Of a stretch of DNA of 64,000 bases, positions 50,092 through 59,995 are shown piece by piece. The stretch is from contig CAVWFS010000007.1 of NCBI GenBank assembly GCA_963754315.1, forward strand, positions 320,001-384,000, written 5' to 3'. Both the position numbers and the translations under genes were made by a program. The first letter of the stretch is position 1; each line of letters opens with the position of its first letter. The stretch comes from an uncultured Candidatus Rokubacteria bacterium. Its GTDB lineage: Bacteria; Methylomirabilota; Methylomirabilia; Rokubacteriales; CSP1-6. The notes under the pieces were generated by a model. That model saw nothing but the letters and a program-made list of their open reading frames with translations, did no database searches and had not been told where the DNA came from.

Positions 50092-50125
50092 GAGCCCAAA
50101 GAGCCAGTAGCCAGGGAGGGTTGCC

Positions 50126-50395
50126 ATGAAAAAGGCCGCGCGGCGCGACATGAAGGCCTACGTCCTCATCGAGACCTCGCCCGGCAAGGCCAAGAGCGTC
50201 AAGCACGCCCTCGCCAGGGTTCGGGGGGCGACGGCCAGCGTTGCCAGTCTCGACGGAGTGACGGGGCCGTATGACTTCATCGCGGTGGTGGAGGGACCCA
50301 CCTTAGACGCCATAGGGCGTCTCGTGACCGACGAGATCGGTGCCGTCAGCGGGGTGACTCGCACGACCACGTGCGTGGCGGTGGCCATCGGCTGA
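50126..50395 (+). CDS. Lrp/AsnC ligand-binding domain protein (no HTH)
   Basis: KAYVLIE, VTGPYDFIA and GVTRTTTC. GGGAGG RBS. Confidence 0.85.
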   Translation: MKKAARRDMKAYVLIETSPGKAKSVKHALARVRGATASVASLDGVTGPYDFIAVVEGPTLDAIGRLVTDEIGAVSGVTRTTTCVAVAIG

Positions 50396-50427
50396 CCGTG
50401 CAAGGTCTCGTCGGCTCCGACACCTAG

Positions 50428-51378
50428 GTGACCTCTTTCGCTCGCCCCATCAAGGTGCTCGTCTACGACACCGCTGCGCCGCACTATGCGAAGCTCATCA
50501 CGCCGTCACCCCGCGTGAGCCTGTGTATCTGCACCACACCCGACGAGGCGGCCCGCGCCATCCGAGAGGCTGACGTGGTATACGGCTGGAAGATTCCCCC
50601 CGACGTCTGGCGCGGGGCTCGTCAACTTCGCTGGCTCCAGGTGATGGGCGCGGGGGTCGATTGGGCCCTCGTTTCAACCCTGCCCCGACGCGTCACCGTT
50701 ACCCGGGCGCCTGGTCTGTTCGGCCCCTGGATGGTCGAGTACACACTCGGCTGGTGCTTGTGGGTCACCCAGCGCATGTCGACGTTCACGACGGCTCAGC
50801 GCGAGCGGCGCTGGCTCCGCGACGTCATTCCCGATCGTCTGGGCGGTCGCACCATGACGGTCATCGGACTCGGCGACATCGGCGGCGCCATCGCGCGCGC
50901 GGCGCGAGCCCTCGGCATGACCGTGGTGGGTGTGAGCCGGTCGGGGCGCCCCACGCGGGGGGTGAAGCGGGTCTACCCACCCCGTGATCTCCGCCGGGCT
51001 CTTGCTCTGGGCGACTTCGTCGTCGTGGCCGTGCCTCTCACGCGCGAGACCCGGGGCTTCTTCGGGTCAGACGAGATCGCCGCCATGCGACCCTCAGCCT
51101 GGCTCATGAACATCGCGCGCGGCCCGGTGGTCGACGAGGAGGCCTTGGTCGACGCGCTCCGGGCTCGGCGCATTGGGGGCGCCATCCTCGACGTCTTTGC
51201 CACCGAGCCCTTGCCGGCCCATCATCCGCTGTGGAGCCTCGAGAATGTCGTCATCACGCCGCACATCTCGGGCCCGAGTACCCCCGAGCAGATGACGCCG
51301 GTGTTCAATCGCAACCTTGCCCGCTATCTGCGAGGGCAGCCTCTCCTTCACGTGGTCGAGCGTCGGCGAGGATACTGA
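50428..51378 (+). CDS. D-2-hydroxyacid dehydrogenase
   Basis: GAGVD, GLGDIG, VPLTRET, NIARGPVVDE, DVFATEP and TPHISG. Confidence 0.9.
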   Translation: MTSFARPIKVLVYDTAAPHYAKLITPSPRVSLCICTTPDEAARAIREADVVYGWKIPPDVWRGARQLRWLQVMGAGVDWALVSTLPRRVTVTRAPGLFGPWMVEYTLGWCLWVTQRMSTFTTAQRERRWLRDVIPDRLGGRTMTVIGLGDIGGAIARAARALGMTVVGVSRSGRPTRGVKRVYPPRDLRRALALGDFVVVAVPLTRETRGFFGSDEIAAMRPSAWLMNIARGPVVDEEALVDALRARRIGGAILDVFATEPLPAHHPLWSLENVVITPHISGPSTPEQMTPVFNRNLARYLRGQPLLHVVERRRGY

Positions 51379-51441
51379 GCGCCCGTCACGCCCTAAGGCA
51401 GACTCTTGACATCAAGCATCAAGGGTTTTACCGGTTTTAGT

Positions 51442-51705
51442 ATGAAAAGTGTCGTTTCCAGCAAGGGACAGATCACGCTGCCCGTCGAGGTCAGGGATAA
51501 GCTGGGGCTGGAGGCGGGAACGGCCGTCCGTTTCGAGCTATGCGAGGGCGGCGTCGTCATTCGCAAGGGTCGGCCCGGCGCCCACCCCGTCGACCAGATG
51601 TTTGGCGCGCTTACCCTCGACCGTTCCGTCGATACGCTGCTCGACGAAATGCGCGGCCCCCGCCCGGCCCCGTCGCGGCGCCGCCGCGGCCGCCGGCGTC
51701 CTTGA
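51442..51705 (+). CDS. AbrB/MazE-type antitoxin (VapB)
   Basis: [19 protein letters not shown]; stop overlaps the PIN gene start (TTGA). Confidence 0.85.
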   Translation: MKSVVSSKGQITLPVEVRDKLGLEAGTAVRFELCEGGVVIRKGRPGAHPVDQMFGALTLDRSVDTLLDEMRGPRPAPSRRRRGRRRP

Positions 51706-52112
51706 CGACTGCCGTTGATTCCTCCGTTCTGCTCGACGTGCTCGGAGCCGACCCACGCTTCGGCGCCGTGTCACGGGAGGCCCTGCGGACTGCCTACGAT
51801 ACGGGAGCCCTAATCGCGTGTGAGGTCGTGTGGGCGGAGGTGCGGGCTCACTTCGCGGACGATGCGACCTTCGAGAACGCCCTCCGCCTCTTGGGTGTAC
51901 GTTTCGACGCGATCGCCCCGGCCACCGCGTCGCTGGCCGGGTGGCTCTGGAGAACCAGCCGGAGCAACCCCCGTGAAGGCCGAGGCCGGGTCGTGGCCGA
52001 CTTCTTGGTCGGTGCCCATGCTGCGCGTCAGGCGGACGCGCTCCTCACGCGAGACCGCGGATTCTATCGGCGATATTTTCAGGTGGAGATCATCGACCCC
52101 AGCCAGGTCTGA
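51702..52112 (+). CDS. PIN-domain toxin (VapC)
   Basis: [27 protein letters not shown] and LLTRDRG. TTG start. Confidence 0.85.
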   Translation: MTTAVDSSVLLDVLGADPRFGAVSREALRTAYDTGALIACEVVWAEVRAHFADDATFENALRLLGVRFDAIAPATASLAGWLWRTSRSNPREGRGRVVADFLVGAHAARQADALLTRDRGFYRRYFQVEIIDPSQV

Positions 52113-52114
52113 CG

Positions 52115-52150
52115 GCCGGGGCGCGCGGAAAAGGCCACCCGCGCCCCGGC
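52115..52150. terminator. Hairpin between convergent vapC and carbamoyltransferase
   Basis: 11-bp stem GCCGGGGCGCG/CGCGCCCCGGC. Confidence 0.45.
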
Positions 52151-52200
52151 GCGGGCTCAGGGATGTAAGGGGATCGCGCAGAAGCCGGCCAACGCCGAAG

Positions 52201-53958
52201 CTATTTTTTCGAGATGAGGAAGCGGTCCAGGGCGAGATGCGGGAGGCCCGAGCGCTCGAAGGTGTCCACGGCGTCCTCCGCGGAGCAGACGAGCGGCTCG
52301 CCGTGCAGGTTGTAGGATGTGTTCAGCACGGCCCCAATTCCCGTCCGTGCCTCGAACTCGCGGATGATCCGATGGTATCCCGGATTCCATGACTCCTCGA
52401 GAATGTGGGCACGGGCAGTGGCATCGTGAGGATGGATGGCCGCCACGATCTCCTCGCGGCCTTTGGCGCTGGTCGGAAACGCCAGCATCATATAGGGCGA
52501 GACCAGACCCTTGGGGTTGATCAGGTAGTCGGGCTCACGTTCCCGGAGAACCGTGGGAGCGAACGGCATCCAGAAATCGCGGTTCTTGATCATCCGGTTG
52601 ATGAGGGGCACCACGCGCTGATCGGCGGGATTGGCCAGAATCGATCGGTTGCCAAGGGCCCGCGCCCCGAACTCCATGCGCCCCTGACACCGCGCTACCA
52701 CACCGTCGGATACCAGCAAGTCAGCGATCTTGGCCTCCACGTCCTCGTGCTCGCTGACGTGGTACCGCGTGACGAGGTCGTGCGCCCGGATGACTGCTTC
52801 CGCCTCCTCGGCGGTGACGGCGGGTCCGAGGTAGGCCGGACCGAAAGGCCGGGGTGGCGGGAGGACGCTCGACTCGGCCCGTCCCCGCAGATAGCCGAGG
52901 TATGCGGCTCCCACCGCATTCGACTCATCACCGCAGGACGGAAAGACGAACAGGTCGCGTACCCACTCCTCCTCCGCCAACCGCATGTTGGCCTTCACGT
53001 TCATGAACACGCCGCCCCCGAGCGCGAGGCGCTCGCCGCCATAGCGCGAGTGCATGAGACGCGTCCACGCCAACAGGCATTCCTCGACGATCTGCTGGGC
53101 ACCGCCGGCGATGGCGTCAAAGCGGAGACCCAGGGTCTTCTCGAGCAGCAGACGATAGCGGGGCGCGCGTGCTTTCCAGGCAAAGAGGGCGGGTTGTTCC
53201 TCGACCATGTCGAAGGCCTGCCGGAGCGCCTCCGCCGCAATCTCGGTGCGCTGCGCCGATGCGTAGGGGGCTAGCCCCATCACCTTGTACTCATGCTCGC
53301 CCGCTTTCATCCCGAGGAGGACGGTCACCAGGGAATAGAAGGAGCCTAGCGAACCCGGCGCGGACGGCGTGGCCTCGTGACGATCAAGAGCCATTCCCCG
53401 CCCGGTCGAGGCGGTGGCGCACAGACCATCGCCCGAGTTGTCGTTGGTCAGCACGAGGGCGGGCGCTCCGGCGAGCGGTGCCCCGAAATACGCGGCCGCC
53501 GCGTGGCAGGTGTGGTGGTCGAGGCACACGATGCGCTCGGCGGGGACACCCAGATGGGCCTCCACGAAACCAAGCCGCTCCGCCTGGGAGATGCCGAATT
53601 TGCCGCGGGCCCGGCGCACGAGGCCCAACCTGGCGCCGAGCTTGCGACCGCGTCGCGCCACACGGTCGCGGGCTCCATCGAGACGTACCCCGTAGTACTC
53701 GCGATGGTAGGCCTCGTCGTGGAGCACCCGGTTCATCCACTCGCGGGAGGCAGCGCGCGCGCCCGCCAGCGCGACCACGTCGATCTCGGCGGGGGTAATG
53801 CCCAGATCACCGAGGAGAGCGTCGATGGCGCGCCGTGGGTAGCCGGCGTCGTTCTTCAGGCGCGAGAAGCGCTCCTCGGAGGCGCAGCCGACGATGGCGC
53901 CGTCACGGAGTACGGCCGCCGTCGCGCAGTGAGTCTCGCTGATGCCGAGGACGATCAT
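52201..53958 (-). CDS. Carbamoyltransferase (NodU/CmcH family)
   Basis: SEERFSRLK, DHHTCHAAAA, EYKVMGLAPY, GGVFMNVKAN, EFGARALGNRS and LNTSYNLHGEP. Confidence 0.9.
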   Translation of the reverse strand: MIVLGISETHCATAAVLRDGAIVGCASEERFSRLKNDAGYPRRAIDALLGDLGITPAEIDVVALAGARAASREWMNRVLHDEAYHREYYGVRLDGARDRVARRGRKLGARLGLVRRARGKFGISQAERLGFVEAHLGVPAERIVCLDHHTCHAAAAYFGAPLAGAPALVLTNDNSGDGLCATASTGRGMALDRHEATPSAPGSLGSFYSLVTVLLGMKAGEHEYKVMGLAPYASAQRTEIAAEALRQAFDMVEEQPALFAWKARAPRYRLLLEKTLGLRFDAIAGGAQQIVEECLLAWTRLMHSRYGGERLALGGGVFMNVKANMRLAEEEWVRDLFVFPSCGDESNAVGAAYLGYLRGRAESSVLPPPRPFGPAYLGPAVTAEEAEAVIRAHDLVTRYHVSEHEDVEAKIADLLVSDGVVARCQGRMEFGARALGNRSILANPADQRVVPLINRMIKNRDFWMPFAPTVLREREPDYLINPKGLVSPYMMLAFPTSAKGREEIVAAIHPHDATARAHILEESWNPGYHRIIREFEARTGIGAVLNTSYNLHGEPLVCSAEDAVDTFERSGLPHLALDRFLISKK

Positions 53959-54653
53959 CCGCGCTCGGCGATAGACAAGGTCAGGGCGCGCTGGCTCTCG
54001 CCGCGGCGGACGACCAGCCGCAGGGGTCGGTCCAGGTCGAGCTGGGCCAGGGTGTCCCGCGCGGCTTCGCGCGTGGACACGGCGGTGTCGTTGATCTGAA
54101 GAATCGTATCGCCGACTTCGAGGCCTGCCCGCATCGCGGCACTGCCGGGGACGACGACACCCACTGCAGCTCGCCCGATTGGTGCCCGCGCTCCTCCGGC
54201 TTCCGCTGACGGTTCGTTCTCGCGCAGGGCAAAGCCAAACTCGATACCGACCCGGTCACCGGCCAGAGGCGCGGGCATGGTGGTGAGACGTACGGTGAAC
54301 GGCTTCCGCCCCTCCTGGCGCAGTATGGTGAGTCGCACGTCGGCATCGGCGCCGGCCGCCGCGATCAGACGCTGCAGCAGCCGGGTCTCGGTGACGGGCC
54401 GGCCGTCAAGGGCTACCACGATGTCCCCGTTCTTGATTCCGGCCCGCGCGGCCGGCGTGTCCTCGATCACCTCGACGACGACAACCCCGAACCCTTCGCG
54501 GATGCCGTGACGGGCTGCCACGCTTTCCATTTCCTGCTCCGACATGTCCCGGATGCGCACCCCGAGCCAGGCCCAGGGGCGTGCCTCGGCCACTGACACG
54601 AGACAGAGCGTCAGGGCGGCTACCCGCAGGAGGCGCTGAACCCACTTACCCAC
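53955..54653 (-). CDS. Exported tandem-PDZ protein without a protease domain
   Basis: Signal peptide, WLGVRI, TPAARAGIKNGD and SAAMRAGLEVGD. Confidence 0.82.
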   Translation of the reverse strand: MGKWVQRLLRVAALTLCLVSVAEARPWAWLGVRIRDMSEQEMESVAARHGIREGFGVVVVEVIEDTPAARAGIKNGDIVVALDGRPVTETRLLQRLIAAAGADADVRLTILRQEGRKPFTVRLTTMPAPLAGDRVGIEFGFALRENEPSAEAGGARAPIGRAAVGVVVPGSAAMRAGLEVGDTILQINDTAVSTREAARDTLAQLDLDRPLRLVVRRGESQRALTLSIAERG

Positions 54654-55293
54654 GGTCGCGCCTCCCCTGGATGTCCTTCGTCAGGCTCTCCAGTGCGCTC
54701 GAAAGCAGGACCAGACGCTCGCGGACGTCGACCGTCTCCAGGAGGCGCTGACGAATCGCCGCGTCAGGGACGACGGCAGCCGCCACGCGGTCCGCCGCCA
54801 CACCCGGGGACTGCTCCTCGGCGAACACAGGCTCGAGGAGGTCGGGTGACCGGCCGAGCAGGGTCAGCAAACGACGACAGACCTCACGGATTCCGCCCAC
54901 CAGCGGTGAGACGTCCTCGCGGGGGGCGACGTCGTCGAGTCGGCGCCCCACGGCCACCCGATACAAGGTGTCAGTGGGATGCTCGCGCTCGATCCGCAGG
55001 CGCGCTTCCCCTTTCATCAGGATGTTGTAGCGGCCGGTGGGGAGACGTTCCCATTTGACGATCTCACCTGCCCCTGCCACTGACCGCACAGCCGGCTTCT
55101 GGGCGTAGGTGGCCTCGTAGCCAGGCAAGAGCTGGACGATGCACAGACGGCGGTCCCGAGCCAGCGCATCGGTCACCATCGCACGGTACCGCCCCTCGAA
55201 GATGTGCAAAGGCAGCAGTGTGTGCGGAAAGAAGGTGACCTCCGGGAGGGGGAACATCGGCAGGACGACGGGATCGGAAGCCGCGGCGCTCAC
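54646..55293 (-). CDS. Stand-alone LON substrate-binding (N-terminal) domain protein
   Basis: LPMFPL...FPHTLLPLHIFEGRYRAMV and LPTGRYNI. Confidence 0.87.
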   Translation of the reverse strand: MSAAASDPVVLPMFPLPEVTFFPHTLLPLHIFEGRYRAMVTDALARDRRLCIVQLLPGYEATYAQKPAVRSVAGAGEIVKWERLPTGRYNILMKGEARLRIEREHPTDTLYRVAVGRRLDDVAPREDVSPLVGGIREVCRRLLTLLGRSPDLLEPVFAEEQSPGVAADRVAAAVVPDAAIRQRLLETVDVRERLVLLSSALESLTKDIQGRRDRG

Positions 55294-56399
55294 CCGATCT
55301 TCGGCAGGGTCAACAACGGCGCCAGCTCGCCGAGGCGCCGCGTCACGGCGACTGCGAGGTCCCGAAACGCGCCCGCCTGGGGCGAGTCGGGGTGGCGCAC
55401 GGTGATCGGGGTGCCCTCGTCGCCCCCGGCACGTACCTCGGGATCGAGCGGTATCTGGGCCAAGAGCGGCACTCCGTACTCATCGGCGACCCGCTGACCG
55501 CCGCCTTCTCCGAAGATCGCATAACGCGTTCCGGTATCGGGGGCCACGAAGTAGCTCATGTTCTCCACGATGCCAAGAATGGGCACGTTCAACCGCTGGA
55601 ACATGCCGATCGCCTTCCGGACGTCGAGGAGCGCGACGTCTTGAGGTGTGGTCACCATGACGACTCCGCTCAACGGGATCACTTGGGACAGTGACAGTTG
55701 GGCGTCTCCGGTCCCTGGGGGCATGTCGAAGAGAAGGTAGTCCAGCGCTCCCCACATCACATCTCGGAGCATCTGCTGGATGAACGAATGGATCATGGGG
55801 CCGCGCCAGACGAGCGGCTCACGGTCGCTCACCAGGAGCCCGATGGACATCATCTTCAGCCCATGGGCCTCCACGGGAATGATCCGATTGTCGAACATCC
55901 CCGGCTTGCCCCGCGCCCCGAGCATGAGCGGGATGTCGGGCCCGTACACGTCGGAGTCGATCAGGCCCACCGTCGCCCGCATGCCCCGCAGGGCGAGGGC
56001 GAGGTTGACGGCGACCGTGGACTTGCCGACTCCACCCTTGCCCGACGAGACCGCGATGGTCGTCCGTACCTCGGGGATGAGGTCAGCTGCGGGAGCCGAT
56101 TCCTGCTGATGCCCATGGGTGTGAGCCTGGCCCGGAGCTGTCGGCCGGCCCGCCGGCGATGCCGCGACCATCTTCACCTGGACCTTGCTCACGCCCGGGA
56201 CCTGACCCACCGCGCGTGAGGCGCCACTGTGCAGAGCCACCTTGGTTCCGGCCGGTTGACCCGTAAAGGCCAGCGAGAACGACACCTCGGAGTCTCGAAT
56301 CGCAAGGTCCCGGATCATGCCGAGAGAGACGACGTCCTGCTGGCTCGCCGGATCTTTGACCGCGCGGAGCGCGTCGAGGACGGCCTGCTCACTGACCAT
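55290..56399 (-). CDS. mrp: Mrp/NBP35 (ApbC) Fe-S cluster carrier ATPase
   Basis: SGKGGVGKST, DVYGP, WRGPM, DMPPGTGD, TTPQ and VENMS. Confidence 0.92.
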   Translation of the reverse strand: MVSEQAVLDALRAVKDPASQQDVVSLGMIRDLAIRDSEVSFSLAFTGQPAGTKVALHSGASRAVGQVPGVSKVQVKMVAASPAGRPTAPGQAHTHGHQQESAPAADLIPEVRTTIAVSSGKGGVGKSTVAVNLALALRGMRATVGLIDSDVYGPDIPLMLGARGKPGMFDNRIIPVEAHGLKMMSIGLLVSDREPLVWRGPMIHSFIQQMLRDVMWGALDYLLFDMPPGTGDAQLSLSQVIPLSGVVMVTTPQDVALLDVRKAIGMFQRLNVPILGIVENMSYFVAPDTGTRYAIFGEGGGQRVADEYGVPLLAQIPLDPEVRAGGDEGTPITVRHPDSPQAGAFRDLAVAVTRRLGELAPLLTLPKIG

Positions 56400-56408
56400 G
56401 ACAGGGGC

Positions 56409-56456
56409 ACTATACCATTCGCCGATCTTGCATTCACGACCGGCAACTGCTACATA
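56409..56456. promoter_or_regulatory. Divergent promoters for mrp and the flavin reductase gene
   Basis: Minus strand extended -10 TGGTATAGT 9 nt before the mrp ATG; plus strand TTGCAT-17 nt-TACATA. Confidence 0.45.
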
Positions 56457-56464
56457 AGGAAACC

Positions 56465-58141
56465 GTGATCAGCTCTGATGAATTTCGACATGTTCTCGGT
56501 CACTTCGCCACGGGCGTCACCGTGGTCACCACGCTCGACGACGCCGACCGGCCGACCGGCCTGACGGCCAGCTCCTTCACGTCCGTGTCCCTCGATCCGC
56601 CCCTCATCCTCGTGTGCGTCGATCACAAGGCTGTGTCCTATCCGGCTCTGCGCGACGCGGGCCGGTTCGCGGTGAACATCCTGCACACCGACCAGGAGCA
56701 GCTGTCCCGGCGGTTTGCCACCACCCGCATCGAGAACAAGTTCGAGGGGGTGGAGTACTCGCTGACGGCGCTTCGGCTGCCCATCCTGAAGAACGTCCAC
56801 GCCTACCTGGAGTGCACCACCGTGAGCACGCACCTCGCGGGTGACCACACGATCTTCGTCGGTCGCGTTGAGAGCGCCGAGGCCGGTGATGGCCATCCCC
56901 TCCTGTACTACCGCGGCCGCTACGACCGTCTGGGGGCGGCCGAGCTTGACGGCGAGCCGGAGCCGTCGCATGTCGGGCTGCCACGCCGAGGCCGAGATCG
57001 GCGCGGCGGCGGTGCGGGTGTCTTCCGGGCGTTGAGCCCGCTGCGCATCCTCCAGCTCTATCCCAAGGACGACTACTTCACCGGCGCTGCGGTCCAGCTT
57101 CGCGAGCTTGCCGACGGCCTTCGACGCCGCGGCCACGACGTCGTCATCGCCACGCGCCCAAGCGCGGTGTGGGCCGAGAAGGCGCGCCAGCTCGACATCA
57201 CCCACTATCCGGTACGCATGGCCTCCGAGGTCGATCTCGGATCGGTTCGCCAGCTCGCGCGCATTCTGAGGAGCCACCGCGTCCAAATCGTCCATGCGCA
57301 CAAGGGCAAGGCGCGGACCCTGGCCATGCTGGCCGGTCTCTTCGTGCGTGTTCCCGTCATCGTTTTGAACCGCGGGGTCAGCTTTCCCCTTGATCCCTTC
57401 AGCCGGCTCGGATACACGACGCGCCGCGTGACCGCAATCGTCGCGGTCTGCGAGTCGATCAAGCAACGCTTGGTCGCGTCCGGGGTCTCGGCCGAGAAGA
57501 TCGAGGTGATCTACTCAGGCACCGACACCGATCGCTTCCACCCCGGAGTCGATGGCGGCGGCCTGCGCAAGGAGCTGGGGTTGAGCGCCGATCACGCGCT
57601 GATCACCCAGATCGGAGTCCGTAGTCGGAAGGGCAACGACGACGTGATCGATGCCATGGCGCGCGTGATCGTGCGCGCGCCCCACTGCCGGTTGCTCCTG
57701 GTGGGGGCGCGCCGGCCCGCCTCCTTGGAGGAGCGTGCACGGGCCCGTGGCCTCGGTGAGGTTGTGCATGTCCTCGGTTATCGAGAGGACATTCCCGAGA
57801 TCTTGCGGGCGAGCGACTGCTGCGTCGACGCGTCGTGGGCGGGGCACGGACTCACCGGGGCCCTGCGCGAGGCGCTCGCCGTCGGAACGCCCGTCGTCGC
57901 CACCGATCTCGAGGGCAATCCTGAGCTCGTCCGACACGGTGTGACGGGGCTCCTTGTTCCGGCCCGCGACGTCTCTGCCCTGGCCGATGCAGTTCTGCAA
58001 CTGGTCTCCGCGCCCGATCGGGCCAGGGCCATGGGACGGGCCGGACGCGCGCTCGTCCTCGCGCAGTTCTCCACCCGCGTGAAGATCGAACGGACCGAAG
58101 CTCTCTATCGACGCCTGCTCACGGCGTCGATGGCACGCTGA
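56465..58141 (+). CDS. Flavin reductase domain in frame with a GT4 glycosyltransferase (possibly two genes, GT starting at TTG 57032)
   Basis: FATGVTVVT, SFTSVSLDPP and GDHTIFVG; then RILQLYP, HAH, EALAVGTPVV and TGLLVP. Confidence 0.75.
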   Translation: MISSDEFRHVLGHFATGVTVVTTLDDADRPTGLTASSFTSVSLDPPLILVCVDHKAVSYPALRDAGRFAVNILHTDQEQLSRRFATTRIENKFEGVEYSLTALRLPILKNVHAYLECTTVSTHLAGDHTIFVGRVESAEAGDGHPLLYYRGRYDRLGAAELDGEPEPSHVGLPRRGRDRRGGGAGVFRALSPLRILQLYPKDDYFTGAAVQLRELADGLRRRGHDVVIATRPSAVWAEKARQLDITHYPVRMASEVDLGSVRQLARILRSHRVQIVHAHKGKARTLAMLAGLFVRVPVIVLNRGVSFPLDPFSRLGYTTRRVTAIVAVCESIKQRLVASGVSAEKIEVIYSGTDTDRFHPGVDGGGLRKELGLSADHALITQIGVRSRKGNDDVIDAMARVIVRAPHCRLLLVGARRPASLEERARARGLGEVVHVLGYREDIPEILRASDCCVDASWAGHGLTGALREALAVGTPVVATDLEGNPELVRHGVTGLLVPARDVSALADAVLQLVSAPDRARAMGRAGRALVLAQFSTRVKIERTEALYRRLLTASMAR

Positions 58142-58156
58142 GACCGGCTGGCCGCC

Positions 58157-59963
58157 TCAGGCGATCCAGCTCAGCGGGTCTTCGTCGCGGCTGGGCTGGT
58201 GGCCTTCGATGAAGATGCGATGCCAGATAGCCAGCTGGAGCAGCTCCCACAGCTCGCGGGTGGCGTTGCCGTGCGTGCGCTGGGCTCGCACCAGCTCGGC
58301 GACCCCGTCGGGCCGGAACCAGCGCCGGATGATCGGATGAGTTGGCAGGCGGCAGGCAAGGGCGTCGAGGAACGTGCCGTGCAACCACCGGCCCACCGGC
58401 ACGTAGAAGCCTCGCTTGCGGCGCCACAAGTGCTCGGGCGGAAGCCGGCGTTCCGCCCAGCGCTTGAGGAATAGCTTGCCCTGTCGGCGGCTCACCTTGA
58501 GCGTGTCGGGCAGGCCGAAGGCAAACTCGACGATGCGGTGGTCCAGATAGGGCACGCGCCCTTCGAGTCCGAAGCCCATCAGCACACGATCAGCCTTCAC
58601 CAGCAGGTCGTCAGGCAAATAGGTGACCACGTCCGTGTACTGGCAGCGCGTGGTGTTGCTCCAGGCACGAGGGGTAGCTCGCCAGGCCTCGATGAAGGGC
58701 CTGCGCCACGCCGCGGCAGCCGCGCGCAGCTCGGTCCCGAACACGCGGCGAGCCCAACCCGCCCGCCAGCGGGGGCGCGTGCGAAAGCCGCCCGACCCTG
58801 GCCGCAAGAGATTCTGGGCCCAGCGCTGGAGCGCTGGCCGACGATAGCGGCTGTAACCGGCGAAGACCTCGTCTCCTCCTTCTCCCGGTGAGTACCACCT
58901 TGAGGCTCCGGGCAGCCTCCTCGGCCAGGAACGAGGTGGGCAAGCTCGCGTAGTCGTAGAGGAGATCGTCGGTAGACCAGACGGTGTGAGGGAGGCGTCG
59001 GAACACGCGGTCGCGATCGAGCACGATCTCGGTGTGCTCCGCGCCGAAACGGCGGGCCACCGCCGCCGCCTCGACGCGCTCGTCTGCGGTGCCTCCCTCG
59101 GGGTAGCCCACCGAGAACGTCCGCACGGGGCGTCCGGTCAGCTCCGTGACCATTGCGAGCAGGACGCCGGAATCGACCCCGCCCGACAGGAACAGGCCGT
59201 AGGGTACATCCGCCCTGAGGTGCTCGAGCATCACCTGGCGGAACAACGGCTCGAACTCCGCCACCGCCTGGCCGAAGTCGAGGGCACGCGGGCGCACGTG
59301 CAGCGGCGACCAGTAGACCTGCTCGCGCAGATTCAATTCGGCGTCGATGACCAGGGCCGTGGCGGGAGGCAAGCGGCGAATGCCGCGGATCAGGCTGCTC
59401 GCGCCACCGTTGAACTGATTCTGCAGCGACTGCACGAGGGCCTCCGGGTCCAGCTCCGGCTCATGGGGCCACACGGCGAGCAATGCCTTGACCTCCGAGG
59501 CGAACAGCACTCGATCCGGCAGCCGGGCATAGTAGAGCGGCTTGACTCCGAGACGGTCGCGGGCGAGCACCAGACGCCCCTTCTGGGCGTCGTGCAGCGC
59601 GAAGGCGAACATCCCATTCAACGACGCGAGCGCGTCGAGGCCATCAAGGGCGTAGAGATGAAGGATGGTCTCACTGTCGGAGGCGGTGGCGAAACGCCGC
59701 CCGCGGGCCTCGAGGAGGCGGCGCAATTCGATGAAGTTGTAGATTTCGCCATTGGCCACCAGGGCCAGGTCGCCGCCGACCATCGGCTGGTGACCGCCCT
59801 CGAGATCGATGATCGACAGGCGTGTCTGGACGAGCCCGAGCGGCCCCGCCACGTAGAGCCCGAGGTCGTCTGGCCCTCGGTGGGCGAGGGCGGCCGCCAT
59901 GCGCCGCAACGCGCCTTCGTCGACCCGACCGTCCCTCAGCAGGATGCCGGCGATACCACACAT
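58157..59963 (-). CDS. asnB: Asparagine synthase (glutamine-hydrolysing)-like amidotransferase; +1 frameshift near 58885
   Basis: MCGIAG, HRGPD, RLSIID, NGEIYN and LSGGVDS. LTGEGGDEVFAGY is restored by removing one G; then LLVKADR and RVPYLD. Confidence 0.85.
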
Positions 59964-59970
59964 GGTTGTG

Positions 59971-59988
59971 AGGATAGTTCAATATAAT
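59971..59988. promoter_or_regulatory. Back-to-back leaderless-type -10 elements for asnB-like and msbA-like genes
   Basis: Plus strand TATAAT-7 nt-ATG (59996); minus strand TATCCT-7 nt-ATG (59963). Only 32 bp separate the start codons. Confidence 0.62.
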
Positions 59989-59995
59989 TCCCGTC

